Assembly (NCBI GenBank): GCA_000993405.1
Contig: LBWB01000009.1
Span: forward strand, 77,848-141,847
DNA: 64,000 nucleotides
Origin: Candidatus Woesebacteria bacterium GW2011_GWB1_39_12
GTDB taxonomy: Bacteria > Patescibacteriota > Microgenomatia > UBA8517
Reading direction: 5' to 3'
Under the pieces are notes generated by a model. The model saw only the letters and a program-made list of their open reading frames with translations. It searched no databases and was not told the origin of the DNA. This document shows, piece after piece, positions 43,984-53,833 of the stretch (position 1 is the stretch's first letter; each line of letters begins with the position of its first letter). A program made the translations under genes and the position numbers.

Positions 43984-44142
43984 CTTATTTTCTCTTTCGA
44001 TCTCTAAAGGTTGCTTAGTTCGATATATCGAACTATAAGGCAGGAAATTTACAGTAAAGTTCGAAGGTGTTAAAATATACAAGTTAAGGATTACAATTTA
44101 GGACTGTCGGTTAATACTAAACCATAGTTCTTTAAACAATAT

Positions 44143-44213
44143 AGGGTCGTGGTGAAATGGTATCACGGCGGTCTCCAAAACCGCTTTTCCGGGTTCGAAT
44201 CCTGGCGACCCTG
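44143..44213 (+). tRNA. tRNA-Trp (anticodon CCA)
   Basis: agggtcg/cgaccct acceptor, gtga-aatggta-tcac D-arm, gcggt-ctccaaa-accgc anticodon arm, ccggg-ttcgaat-cctgg T-arm, discriminator g; CCA not encoded. Confidence 0.85.
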
Positions 44214-44395
44214 CAAAACAAAAGTGACTCTCTTGTGGAGTCTATTTTTGTTTTGTGGCCAGGATGAGAAATTTACACTGAGCGAGTGAAACGAGTCGAA
44301 TGTGAATCCTGGCGACCCTGCCAATTCTTTGAAATTCCAAGTGTGTCAAGCTATTCCACTCCAGGTGTGGTTTAAACAAGTGATATTATTAATTT

Positions 44396-44722
44396 ATGCT
44401 TAGAGAATACGATCGAAAAATCAAAAGGCTTCTTGATTCAAAACGTGCAGACACGGATTGGAAAGAAATCTTTAAAACCCATCAAGAAATGGTATCAATT
44501 ATCCGGCACGAAAGACTTTTACATCTTCTGGTTATGCTGACTGTGGCAATTATAGTAACAATTGTATTTGCTTTAATTATTGTGTTTGAAAAAACCATTC
44601 TTCTTTTATTGGGTATTCCGCTTTTTGCATTGTTTATCGGATATATCATCCACTACAGGTTTTTGGAAAATACAACTCAAAACTGGCACAAATTGTCCAT
44701 GGAAATAAAGAAAAATATTTAA
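44396..44722 (+). CDS. hypothetical membrane protein
   Basis: 108 aa; two hydrophobic helices. Confidence 0.4.
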   Translation: MLREYDRKIKRLLDSKRADTDWKEIFKTHQEMVSIIRHERLLHLLVMLTVAIIVTIVFALIIVFEKTILLLLGIPLFALFIGYIIHYRFLENTTQNWHKLSMEIKKNI

Positions 44723-44830
44723 CTATTGTGACCTCTTGCAAATATTCTTAAGATATTTCAATTTGGTTGAAACAGTCCTTCGATCCCACTCGGGATAAAT
44801 CCACTAATCCCTGCAAAATAGCCTCTGGCA

Positions 44831-45301
44831 TTATAAATTTATAAACTGAAGATATTTCTCTAATATAGGATACATTCCTACCATTAAATCTTTATATCCC
44901 AAAAGTACTTCAGGACTCTCCCACTTGTATTTATCATGCCCTTCTAAGTTTAAATCAATTTTTGAGTTTGAAGTTAACGTTGTTTCCGCTAACCAAACAT
45001 CGTAATTAATTTGCTTGCGGACTACGTAAAAATTAAAGGTACCCAGATGAGTTAAGTTTTCCTGATTAAACTCTAACCCTATTTCCTGCCTGGTTTTTGA
45101 AACTGCTGTATCTATAAAGGACGCCCCCTCAGCAACCTTACCACCTGGCAAACCCCAACGATTACCTTCTGGAACATTGCCTTTCCGATGCAGCACTAGC
45201 AATTGTCCGCCCTTATTTACTAACAGTATTCCTGCTGCTCTAATAGCCATATAAATGAAGATTAGCATTTGAATAAGCATAATTAAAGAAGCTCCTGACA
45301 A
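44831..45301 (-). CDS. NUDIX-like hydrolase
   Basis: 156 aa; …GLPGGKVAEGASFIDTAVSKTRQEIGLE… approximates the Nudix box. Confidence 0.6.
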   Translation of the reverse strand: MSGASLIMLIQMLIFIYMAIRAAGILLVNKGGQLLVLHRKGNVPEGNRWGLPGGKVAEGASFIDTAVSKTRQEIGLEFNQENLTHLGTFNFYVVRKQINYDVWLAETTLTSNSKIDLNLEGHDKYKWESPEVLLGYKDLMVGMYPILEKYLQFINL

Positions 45302-45338
45302 AGTTTACTAGCCCCTGCCGCGTAACCTCGGTGGTATA

Positions 45339-45881
45339 ATGCGTTTGATGGAAATTGTTGATTTATCACAATCTCTCTTTGATGGAATGGAAGTTTATCC
45401 AGGCGACCCAGAGGTTCGCATAAAACAAATTCATACCTTAAACAAAGAAGGTTGGAGGCTTAGATATCTCCAATTCTCTACCCATATCGGTACTCACGCA
45501 GACGGCCTTTCTCATATGGACAAAAAGGGCACAACAATTGACAAGATGCCTATCAGTAAATTCATAGGTAAGACAGTTCTTGTTAAACCAAGCGACAATT
45601 TTCCTCAGGGAATAGGACTAGCGTTTAGGGATAATATATTGGGTTTAGATATTTTCAAAAAGATAGTAGATGCGCGACCTTTGTTTGTTATCGCTGGAGA
45701 TAAATGTGACTTTGAACTTGAGATGGAAAGAAAACTCCTGCAAGCAGGAGTTCTTACAATGGCTGGGCTGGTGAATATGAATAAATTACCAAGAAACAAG
45801 CCGTTTACGTTTTATGGTGTCCCTCTAAATATTAAAAATGGTGATGGCTCTCCAATTAGGGCTTTTGCAGTGTTGGGCTAG
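45339..45881 (+). CDS. cyclase-family protein (kynurenine formamidase/arylformamidase-like)
   Basis: 180 aa; …QFSTHIGTHADGLSHM… is the HxGTHxDxPxH-type cyclase-family motif. Confidence 0.65.
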   Translation: MRLMEIVDLSQSLFDGMEVYPGDPEVRIKQIHTLNKEGWRLRYLQFSTHIGTHADGLSHMDKKGTTIDKMPISKFIGKTVLVKPSDNFPQGIGLAFRDNILGLDIFKKIVDARPLFVIAGDKCDFELEMERKLLQAGVLTMAGLVNMNKLPRNKPFTFYGVPLNIKNGDGSPIRAFAVLG

Positions 45882-46063
45882 TGTAAAAATAGTTCCCTAC
45901 AAAATTCACTAGCCCCTGCTTAAAATTCCCTAAATTCCCAATGTGTCAGATGTTTGATTCTGAGCGGTGGACTTTTCGCTCAGACTCGAAGAGCTATTTA
46001 ACTCCTGGAATTGTTTAGTGTGGCTAAATCAATGTACTTTAAGAATTTCGTAAATATTTAGAC

Positions 46064-46432
46064 TTACTTAGAAATACAGTCAAACTCATAGCCGCCACTA
46101 TCGGATATTGGTACTTCAACCTCTTTACAGTTTTCAATCGAAGCATCGCACATCTTAATTTTTTGACCGGTATAAAACTCCCTTTTATTAACAACTTGAC
46201 ATCCTGCTTTTACACATTCTTTTGCTTCTGTTTCGCCTTCCATATAACCAGCACTGCCTGAAAATTGGCTACAATATCTATCGTTATTCATACTGACCCG
46301 GTAAAGTAAAAATACTAGCAATATAACGAAAATTAAAACCACTGGCAAATAAACTTTTTTCATAGTAAATAAACTACCGAGGGTTAATAACCCACGGTAT
46401 TCTCGCCCTTTGGGCTCAACAAGTTTGTTCAC
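46064..46432 (-). CDS. small secreted Cys-rich protein, hypothetical
   Basis: 122 aa; N-terminal signal/TM; 6+ Cys in the mature part. Confidence 0.4.
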   Translation of the reverse strand: MNKLVEPKGREYRGLLTLGSLFTMKKVYLPVVLIFVILLVFLLYRVSMNNDRYCSQFSGSAGYMEGETEAKECVKAGCQVVNKREFYTGQKIKMCDASIENCKEVEVPISDSGGYEFDCISK

Positions 46433-46637
46433 TCCTCCCTTTCATCCGTGGACTAAAAGTCCACAGTTTTCAGGGAGTTTGAATAAATTATATATCATCC
46501 CTAAACCATCTCAAATGAGCTTATTTCATACCAATGGTTTGACCATGCTCACGATTTGTAATTGCTCGTTTATCCTGAGACATCTTGAAAGAAAGTCCAG
46601 CGCATAATCTCTGCTATTAAGTGTTATTATTTAAGAG

Positions 46638-46997
46638 GTGTTATTAAAATTTACTAAGTATCTGATTATTTTTTACTTCATCTTTATGTCGCTGTTTTTT
46701 TTATTCGGTTTTGCCGTTGTTATTGATTCGGGGAGCAAAAATTTATATCTTACCTTCAGTTTGTCAATCTTTGGAATATTGTTTTTGTTATCGGGAGTAA
46801 AGCTCCTAAAAAACTCTCAAAAGGCTTACTTATTTTCTATCACTACACTTACTCTCGAATTTATTATTACCGCTGCTTACAGGTTCTTTCTTGTTACAAA
46901 CCACAAACTTCAGATAATCGATTTAAATAATCTACTGCTGTTTGGAATACCGTTAATTCTTATAATAGCGATCAGCAATAAATCTGAGTATCGCTAA
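46638..46997 (+). CDS. hypothetical membrane protein
   Basis: 119 aa; 3-4 predicted TM helices. Confidence 0.4.
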   Translation: MLLKFTKYLIIFYFIFMSLFFLFGFAVVIDSGSKNLYLTFSLSIFGILFLLSGVKLLKNSQKAYLFSITTLTLEFIITAAYRFFLVTNHKLQIIDLNNLLLFGIPLILIIAISNKSEYR

Positions 46998-47031
46998 GTT
47001 TAAACATGACACACTTGGGGTATTCACGAAA

Positions 47032-48273
47032 CTATTCCCACTTCTTTATTTCCTCCTGAGGAAGTTTTAACTTTTTGGGAGTAGTAAGTAAAAGAACTGC
47101 CGAAACGACAACTACGGTAATACCAACCGCACTAAATGTAAGTCTTTCTCCAATAGTACTCGCTATAAACCCCGCCCAGGCAGGACCGATTATATAGGCA
47201 ATACTTATTGTCGAGCGTGATAGGCCAATGAGATGCCTTCTCTCTCTACCCATCCTGGCAACGATATCCGAATAAACCCCGTCGGTCAGAGGAAAAGATA
47301 CTGCCAAAAGAGTACTTGAAACAAATACAAATAAAAGCTGAAAAAAGATGGCATCAGTTAGTCCAAGCATTGCCAAGAAAATTCCGGAAAAAAACAAAAA
47401 TTTCTCCGCCAGGCGTTTCTTACCTTCAAAAACTTGCCACTTGGCGACAACAAACCCAACAAAAAGTGAGGGTAACGTATAAAGAGGTAAAAACATCCCT
47501 CCCCACCAACTTCTTTCTGATAAAGTATGACTCCAAACCGCGCCAGTCGTCCAAAAAGTCGCATCAACCAGCCCCATAAAAATACTCATAATTACAATTG
47601 GCCAGACGTGAGAAAAAAGTACTTTCCAATGGGCCAGTTCCCGAATCAAATTTACTTCGTGAACATCAATTTCAATCGGTCTTTTATGCTTTTCCCGAGC
47701 CAACATCAAAAAGACTAATCCCAAAAACGTAAAGAGAATTGCAAAATAGGCTGGCGTTCTGTCCCCTCTTGCCAAGAGTAACCCGCCGATAATGGGACCC
47801 AAAAAGTAGGCCAAGCTTCTGAATATGGACATTACTCCCCAAGCGGCCGAATGAAGTCTTAAAGGAGTTGAATCGGCCACAAATTGCTGTTCACCAAAGC
47901 CCAAAAGTTCGTAATAGATTCCCCAAACAGCCATAGCAAGAAGAAAAATAACAAGATAAGGCGCCGCGGTAGCACCAAGAAGAATTGCTGAAAACAAAAA
48001 ACTTGATAGAATCCCCAGAAGTATCAGTCTTTTAACTGTAAAACCTCTCAGAATCTGGGGAAAAATAAGATCAGCCCCGAATCCAACGACTGACGAAAAA
48101 CTGATAACAAGACCCATTAAAAAAGAACTTTGCAAAGAATCTTGGATAAAATTGGGAACCCAGAAGGATAAAATTGCATCTGCCAATAGAATCAGAAATA
48201 AAATCATACCTAAGGTCAGAACTTTCGACCAAACTTCGTCTTTTAATATCCTCGGAAAGGTTTTAACAAACAT
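47032..48273 (-). CDS. MFS-type transporter
   Basis: 413 aa; about 12 hydrophobic helices and the conserved loop …LARGDRTPAYF… typical of the major facilitator superfamily. Confidence 0.65.
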   Translation of the reverse strand: MFVKTFPRILKDEVWSKVLTLGMILFLILLADAILSFWVPNFIQDSLQSSFLMGLVISFSSVVGFGADLIFPQILRGFTVKRLILLGILSSFLFSAILLGATAAPYLVIFLLAMAVWGIYYELLGFGEQQFVADSTPLRLHSAAWGVMSIFRSLAYFLGPIIGGLLLARGDRTPAYFAILFTFLGLVFLMLAREKHKRPIEIDVHEVNLIRELAHWKVLFSHVWPIVIMSIFMGLVDATFWTTGAVWSHTLSERSWWGGMFLPLYTLPSLFVGFVVAKWQVFEGKKRLAEKFLFFSGIFLAMLGLTDAIFFQLLFVFVSSTLLAVSFPLTDGVYSDIVARMGRERRHLIGLSRSTISIAYIIGPAWAGFIASTIGERLTFSAVGITVVVVSAVLLLTTPKKLKLPQEEIKKWE

Positions 48274-48381
48274 ATCTAAAGTATCGGATAAACATATAAA
48301 ATAGTAAACAGGAATAGATTTGTTCCATTCTTTTTACTTCTTTACTTACTCTTCTACTTAAACTTATACTTAAACTAACGT

Positions 48382-49788
48382 ATGGATCCTGTCCAAAATT
48401 CAAACAATAACCTACGAGATTCACCAGCCCAAACAGAAACACCAAAACCTGCCTTCGTAACCCAGGAAATTTCCTCTTCTGACCAGGTTCAGACTTCCAC
48501 TACTGAAGAACCTTTACAGTCTTCTCAAATTGAGACTACTCCCCAACCCGGACCCCCGCAAACTATACTTTCCCCGGCTCCATCATCCCAAGTATCTACT
48601 GAATCTCAGGATTTTCCAAAGTCGGGAAAAAGGAGAATCATACCTTTTGTCGCCGGATTATTATTATTAATATTTTTCATCCTAATAATCACCGGCGGTG
48701 CTACCTATGCCGTTGCTTATGAAAAAATAAAACTTAATAAGAATCCCGAACTTCAGAAAAAAGTAGCCTATTTTGTAATGTCACTTCCCTTCACGCCAAA
48801 AACGCCGAAGTTTTTACTGGCAAAAACCGGCATGGCTCATCAGGATGTAACCAAGGAATCATTTGATATTTCGCTTGCAATAGACTCAAAAGACTTTGTA
48901 AGTTCACTCGGTCTAAGCGGACTGGATATAGAAGCCAAGGGGAATGTTGACTATTCTGACCCTAAAAACGTAAAACTTGTTCTTGACACTTCTATTACCA
49001 AAGACTTCAATTTTGAATTGAGAAAAAAAGATAAATTTCTACACTTTAAGATAAATAAGCTTCCTTCGGCACTTCTGGCACTTCTTGGACTAAAGGTTGA
49101 GGAATTTGCACCGATTCTTGACAAATGGGTCTCATATGATACAACTCCTTTGGATACCGAAGCCAGAAGATCAATTCAGGATGAAGAGATAGACCCTTTG
49201 AGTGAAGAGTATTTAGACGAAACCTTTGAGAAATACATTGACGATGAAGTGCTTTCTAAAATGAGGCTCGTTGAGGTCACCGAAGAAGGCAGGGAAATGT
49301 ACAAAATAACGCTTGATGCTGACCCGGCATTAATTGATCATTTGGGTCAAAAGCTTGAAGAAGAGAGGAAAAAGACTGGTGGAGCTTATCTTGACCAATC
49401 AAGCGAGTCCGTCAAACTTTCGGATATGATAAAAGCCCTTAAATGGGAAATCTATATAGATAAAGATAGTTACTACACAAGAAAACTAATAGTCACTGCC
49501 GATCTTGAAACCGACAAAATGGATTATGGCAGCATATTCACGGGCACTTCTGGTTCACCAAGCGAGAAAAGTCAAGCAAAAATTGCATTCGCCGCAAAAT
49601 TTGACGACTTTGGAGAAGAAGTAGTTGTTCAGGAACCAGAAGACGCAATTACCTTCGAAGAATTTACAAATATTGTTTCAGAGATATTGAAACAGGTTTA
49701 CGGAGAATTCTTCAATTCACAATACTCCTCCGGACTGGATAATCCGGACATACCGGATGCCGAACTCGAACTTCCCGACAATCTTTAA
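48382..49788 (+). CDS. hypothetical membrane-anchored protein with Pro/Gln-rich N-terminus
   Basis: 468 aa; low-complexity N-terminus, single TM, then a large extracytoplasmic domain of unknown family. Confidence 0.45.
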   Translation: MDPVQNSNNNLRDSPAQTETPKPAFVTQEISSSDQVQTSTTEEPLQSSQIETTPQPGPPQTILSPAPSSQVSTESQDFPKSGKRRIIPFVAGLLLLIFFILIITGGATYAVAYEKIKLNKNPELQKKVAYFVMSLPFTPKTPKFLLAKTGMAHQDVTKESFDISLAIDSKDFVSSLGLSGLDIEAKGNVDYSDPKNVKLVLDTSITKDFNFELRKKDKFLHFKINKLPSALLALLGLKVEEFAPILDKWVSYDTTPLDTEARRSIQDEEIDPLSEEYLDETFEKYIDDEVLSKMRLVEVTEEGREMYKITLDADPALIDHLGQKLEEERKKTGGAYLDQSSESVKLSDMIKALKWEIYIDKDSYYTRKLIVTADLETDKMDYGSIFTGTSGSPSEKSQAKIAFAAKFDDFGEEVVVQEPEDAITFEEFTNIVSEILKQVYGEFFNSQYSSGLDNPDIPDAELELPDNL

Positions 49789-49837
49789 ATCAGTTTTTGA
49801 GTTGACTTTGAAAAAAATCTGACGTACTATCACGCCA

Positions 49838-50671
49838 ATGGAAGAGCAGGTAATTACGCCCCAGGAAAAAGTCACAGAAGTAAAAGAATTGAGTTCCGGA
49901 AAAAAAGTCTTGATAGTTTTGGCGGGAATTCTTCTCCTAGCCGGAGTCGGTGCAGGATCGTATTTTTTAGGAAATAAGGGTAAATCACAAGATACATCAA
50001 TTTTGTCTCCAACCCCCGCTGATTTAATTTCCGAAACTCCTACAACCACACCAACTCCTGAAATAAATATTTCAGGAACAATCTCTCCTACAAAAAAACC
50101 AACAGTAACTCCAAAACCCACTCTTACGCCAACACCCGTGGTCAAACAAAAAACCCTGTCTTCAAACACTTCTCTTGACGGATTTCAATCTAGTAACGGA
50201 GGCGGAAATAAGACTCTTGAAATTCGGGCCGGAAGAAATGTGAATTTGGTTACGCGGGGATTCGTAAGTTTTGACCTTTCTGAAATTCCTGCCGGAGCGG
50301 TAATTAAAGAGGTAAATCTCAGGCTCTACCAGGCAAAAATAATCGGAAATCCTTACGGAGTCGGAGGCTCGCTTAAAATCGATCATCTAAACTTCGGAGA
50401 TTCTCTTGATAACCCGGATTACGGCTTGGCCGCGCTTTCATCAAGTTTTATAACATTAACCAGTAATAACGTAATAGAATGGAAGGACGCTATAGTAACC
50501 GACCAAGTCAAAGATGATCTTGCCAACGCACGCTCGCGCAGCCAGTTCAGAATCCATTTCCAGACCGAAAACACCGGAGGCGACGTAACCGGCGATTTCG
50601 CCTACTTCGAGGCAGCGGAAAATAATATGGCTACAGGCAACTCTCCTCAATTGGTTGTTAAGTACTATTAA
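49838..50671 (+). CDS. hypothetical membrane-anchored protein with Thr/Pro linker and C-terminal beta-rich domain
   Basis: 277 aa; TM, PTPADLISETPTTTPTPE…TPKPTLTPTP linker, unknown C-terminal domain. Confidence 0.45.
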   Translation: MEEQVITPQEKVTEVKELSSGKKVLIVLAGILLLAGVGAGSYFLGNKGKSQDTSILSPTPADLISETPTTTPTPEINISGTISPTKKPTVTPKPTLTPTPVVKQKTLSSNTSLDGFQSSNGGGNKTLEIRAGRNVNLVTRGFVSFDLSEIPAGAVIKEVNLRLYQAKIIGNPYGVGGSLKIDHLNFGDSLDNPDYGLAALSSSFITLTSNNVIEWKDAIVTDQVKDDLANARSRSQFRIHFQTENTGGDVTGDFAYFEAAENNMATGNSPQLVVKYY

Positions 50672-50738
50672 ATAAGAACCATCATTTGTTTCCTCGTGCT
50701 TCCCGGGTGTATAATTCCCGAAATTTACCCCAATTAAC

Positions 50739-52685
50739 ATGACTCACGAATTAAATTCCGGTCAACGAACACGTTGGTGGATACAAAATCCACGTCGGAC
50801 TTCGGCCGAACCTCAAATACAACCCCCCGTTTATGAAAAACCTTTAACTATCAGAGAATGGTTAAATCAAGAACCTGATGGAAAAGTGGCTCAATCTTAT
50901 AAACTTGCAGAAAAAATCCATGAAGGTCAGGTAAGATTCTCCGGCGAACCCTATATATCTCATCCCGAAGCTGTTACTGACATAATAAACACCGAATTCT
51001 ATAATGGCGCTCTCCCTGACGTGGATTTAATCTGTGCCGCTCTTCTTCACGATACTCTTGAGGATACGAATGACGAACAAAAACTTCTTATTTACGAGAA
51101 AATAAAAAATGATTTTGGGGAAGGTGTAGCCTACTTGGTAGAAAGTGTATCTCAATTCAGATCAGATGGAAGTGAACAATCAGACACCGAATATCTTCAA
51201 AAACAGGCTGCTCATGGAATTCCGGATCCCCGCGTATTTGTTCTCAAACTGGCCGATAGACTTCACAATATGCGTACCCTCCAATTCGTACCCGAGGAAA
51301 AACAAATTCCTAAAGCAAAGGAAACCCACATTTATGCAGGTCTGGCCGAAAGACTCGGAATGTGGGCAGTAAAAACAGAACTTGAAGATCTAGCTTTCAA
51401 ATATGAATCACCCGATCTTTATCAATCAATCAAAGAAGAGGTGGATTCCGATCCACGCCTTACTGCTGATTTTATCAGTAAAGTTGAAAACAGCTTAAAT
51501 CAGGTATTAAGAAATAACGAGGGCACGAAAGGTTCAATAAGTGTAAGAAAAAATGGCTTATGGGCATTATATGATAAGAGAATCAGGTTGGCGCAGGCAG
51601 GAAAAGGAAGATTGGGTACTTTTTCGCATATAAATGACTTAGTTAGCTTTCGCATAGTATGTGATACTGTTAATTCGAATAATCTTTTAGAACTGTATAG
51701 CATACTCGGCGCCATCCATAACCATCCAAAATTTAATGAGCCTTTAGATGAAACCAGATTGGACGAATTTTTAGCCAAACCTAAAGGTAACAAATACTCA
51801 GCACTCCAAACAACAATCGACTATCCCGAAGGATCATTTGAAATAGCAATAACAACGAAAGAAAGAGAAGAATTTAACAATTGGGGAATAATGTATTTAT
51901 TAAGGCGTGGTCAATTACAGGAAGCCACTCCCCTATATGAATTGAAAATAGTATTTGACGAAGAAGGTAAGGCTATATTTCTAAATAAAGATGCAACCGG
52001 AGTGGATTTTGTTTACGCAAAAAACCCCTGGCTGGGTGCTCAAGCAATAAGTCTAATCGTAAATGAAGTCCCTACAAAAATCGGACAATTCGTTCCAAAT
52101 GCATCAAGTATTAAAGTAGTAGCATCAGAAGATATACGAAGAGCTCCACCTGCACATTTTCTGGAACATTGTAGCCCTGAAACTCAAAAAATTATTGAAT
52201 CTCAATACGCACTTTTGGGTAGAGATTTTGACGTCGTCAGAGGTAGCGAATTACTTGAACCTATACTTTCCCGTATAGGTCTTCTCGTTGTTTCTGACTG
52301 GCCTCCTCTTGAAAGAATACTCCTTACTAAATTCGACGCACAAGATCTCCATGATTTATACCTCAAAATTGCAAGAACAGGTGAACATCTGTTAAATGAA
52401 ATAAGTCAAGTATTTCAGGAAGAAGGAATCAATAAAGAAGCTCTGAGTTTAACCACGATCAGGCTTCGGGGAAAAAACAGCCCTCACGTCCTAAGAGATG
52501 TGTCAAATCTCATTGACGATCTTAAGGTAGACACAAGACACATCTTGACAAGTAAACCGATAGCCTCAGAAGAAGGAGATTACGAGCTGAGAATTGTAAT
52601 AAATAATCCTTCTCAAGAAATCCTTAACACGCTTAATAAGAAACTAGGTAACGACCAGAGGTTTGATCAGGTAACTATAGTCTGA
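50739..52685 (+). CDS. RelA/SpoT-homologue (RSH) (p)ppGpp synthetase/hydrolase
   Basis: 648 aa; HD motif …ICAALLHDTLEDT…, …ADRLHNMRTL…; synthetase-domain motif …DEFLAKPKGNKYSALQTTI… (cf. DYIAxPKxNGYxSLHT). Confidence 0.8.
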   Translation: MTHELNSGQRTRWWIQNPRRTSAEPQIQPPVYEKPLTIREWLNQEPDGKVAQSYKLAEKIHEGQVRFSGEPYISHPEAVTDIINTEFYNGALPDVDLICAALLHDTLEDTNDEQKLLIYEKIKNDFGEGVAYLVESVSQFRSDGSEQSDTEYLQKQAAHGIPDPRVFVLKLADRLHNMRTLQFVPEEKQIPKAKETHIYAGLAERLGMWAVKTELEDLAFKYESPDLYQSIKEEVDSDPRLTADFISKVENSLNQVLRNNEGTKGSISVRKNGLWALYDKRIRLAQAGKGRLGTFSHINDLVSFRIVCDTVNSNNLLELYSILGAIHNHPKFNEPLDETRLDEFLAKPKGNKYSALQTTIDYPEGSFEIAITTKEREEFNNWGIMYLLRRGQLQEATPLYELKIVFDEEGKAIFLNKDATGVDFVYAKNPWLGAQAISLIVNEVPTKIGQFVPNASSIKVVASEDIRRAPPAHFLEHCSPETQKIIESQYALLGRDFDVVRGSELLEPILSRIGLLVVSDWPPLERILLTKFDAQDLHDLYLKIARTGEHLLNEISQVFQEEGINKEALSLTTIRLRGKNSPHVLRDVSNLIDDLKVDTRHILTSKPIASEEGDYELRIVINNPSQEILNTLNKKLGNDQRFDQVTIV

Positions 52686-53084
52686 AAAAAACCTTCTTGT
52701 AATGCGAGATCTATAAAGACCGTCGCACAATATTTATCTTTTCCCAGTTTGTCCACAAGGTCTTCCACTGTGCCTAGTCTTTAAAACTATCTTTCATACT
52801 AACTCCATCAAAAAACCTCCGTTTTAGAAGGTTTGTAAGTAAAAAAACAAATCACCGATTAGTATAGGAGGTACATGATTATCTGCCTAACACAAATTAA
52901 TTTCATACAGGGTTTACATTTTAACTGTCAATTTCGAAAATTACAAATAAATATCCTATAACGTTGATTTTTGGGGAAAAATTTGATATACTTTGGATTC
53001 CCAAAGTCGCAAGACCTAAGGATTGTATGGGAAACCATACAAGGGTTGGCACCCCTAGCACATTGACATACAGGAGATGATCAA

Positions 53085-53564
53085 ATGACTACAACCGCAA
53101 GGTTAGGTGGACTGCTTTTCGCGGTCCTGTTACTCGCGGCGCTCGCTTTGATGATGAGCCCCGCAAACCCAGCTGCACTGCAGCTGGAAATTAGCATACC
53201 CGGTGGCGCTGCGCCGGAACTGTCTGCTGCAGAGCAGGCGATGAAAAACGCCTTGGAACTTCTCCCAGGCGCCCAAATCAGCGTTCCTGCGCTCTTTTCG
53301 CCAAACGGTGGCTCAGTAACCTTGAACATGAACGGCATGTCGCTTCAGACAAACTGGAGCCCTGTGGACGAAGGGTGTGATTATCACGGGTTCATTAATG
53401 GAAAGAGAATCCCCCTTCTTCACTCGGAGGATCCTTGCGATCCTGCTGATTTCCTCGCGTGGCTGGTTGCCTACGCTTACAAGATCACCGAGGTGATCGG
53501 TAAGGAAAGGGGCGATTCCATAGTTCGTGCAGTTGTCGAGCTGATTCAGCCGTTTGTCCACTAA
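53085..53564 (+). CDS. secreted hypothetical protein encoded by a conspicuously GC-rich, foreign-looking segment
   Basis: 159 aa with signal peptide (…LGGLLFAVLLLAALALMMSPANPAA…). The coding DNA is visibly far more GC-rich than every other gene in the window. An RBS-like aggaga lies upstream. Overlapping minus-strand ORFs are probably GC artefacts. Confidence 0.5.
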   Translation: MTTTARLGGLLFAVLLLAALALMMSPANPAALQLEISIPGGAAPELSAAEQAMKNALELLPGAQISVPALFSPNGGSVTLNMNGMSLQTNWSPVDEGCDYHGFINGKRIPLLHSEDPCDPADFLAWLVAYAYKITEVIGKERGDSIVRAVVELIQPFVH

Positions 53565-53833
53565 GTTCTAAGCTAGGGTGCCAACCCGAAGGGGAGGGCA
53601 AGATTTGTTACGGGTATGGAGTGCGCATGCGCGTACTCAACAAAAATGTTAGCTCAAAGCTAACCAACATAACACATACCCAACACATTTCTTCCCTCCC
53701 CTAGTTCTTCTTTTAATAAATTCAGACAATTTAACTCGTTTATTAAAATAATTAAATTATGTATTTTTATTGCTAACCGAGAGTAAAATATAGGATATTA
53801 TGAATACAGAAATTTCCAGGCGCAATTTTTTAA

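Noticed and set aside
53081-53561. Minus-strand ORFs (85 and 82 aa) overlapping the GC-rich gene
   Set aside because: High GC produces open frames on all strands. The plus-strand ORF has a signal peptide and RBS and is preferred.
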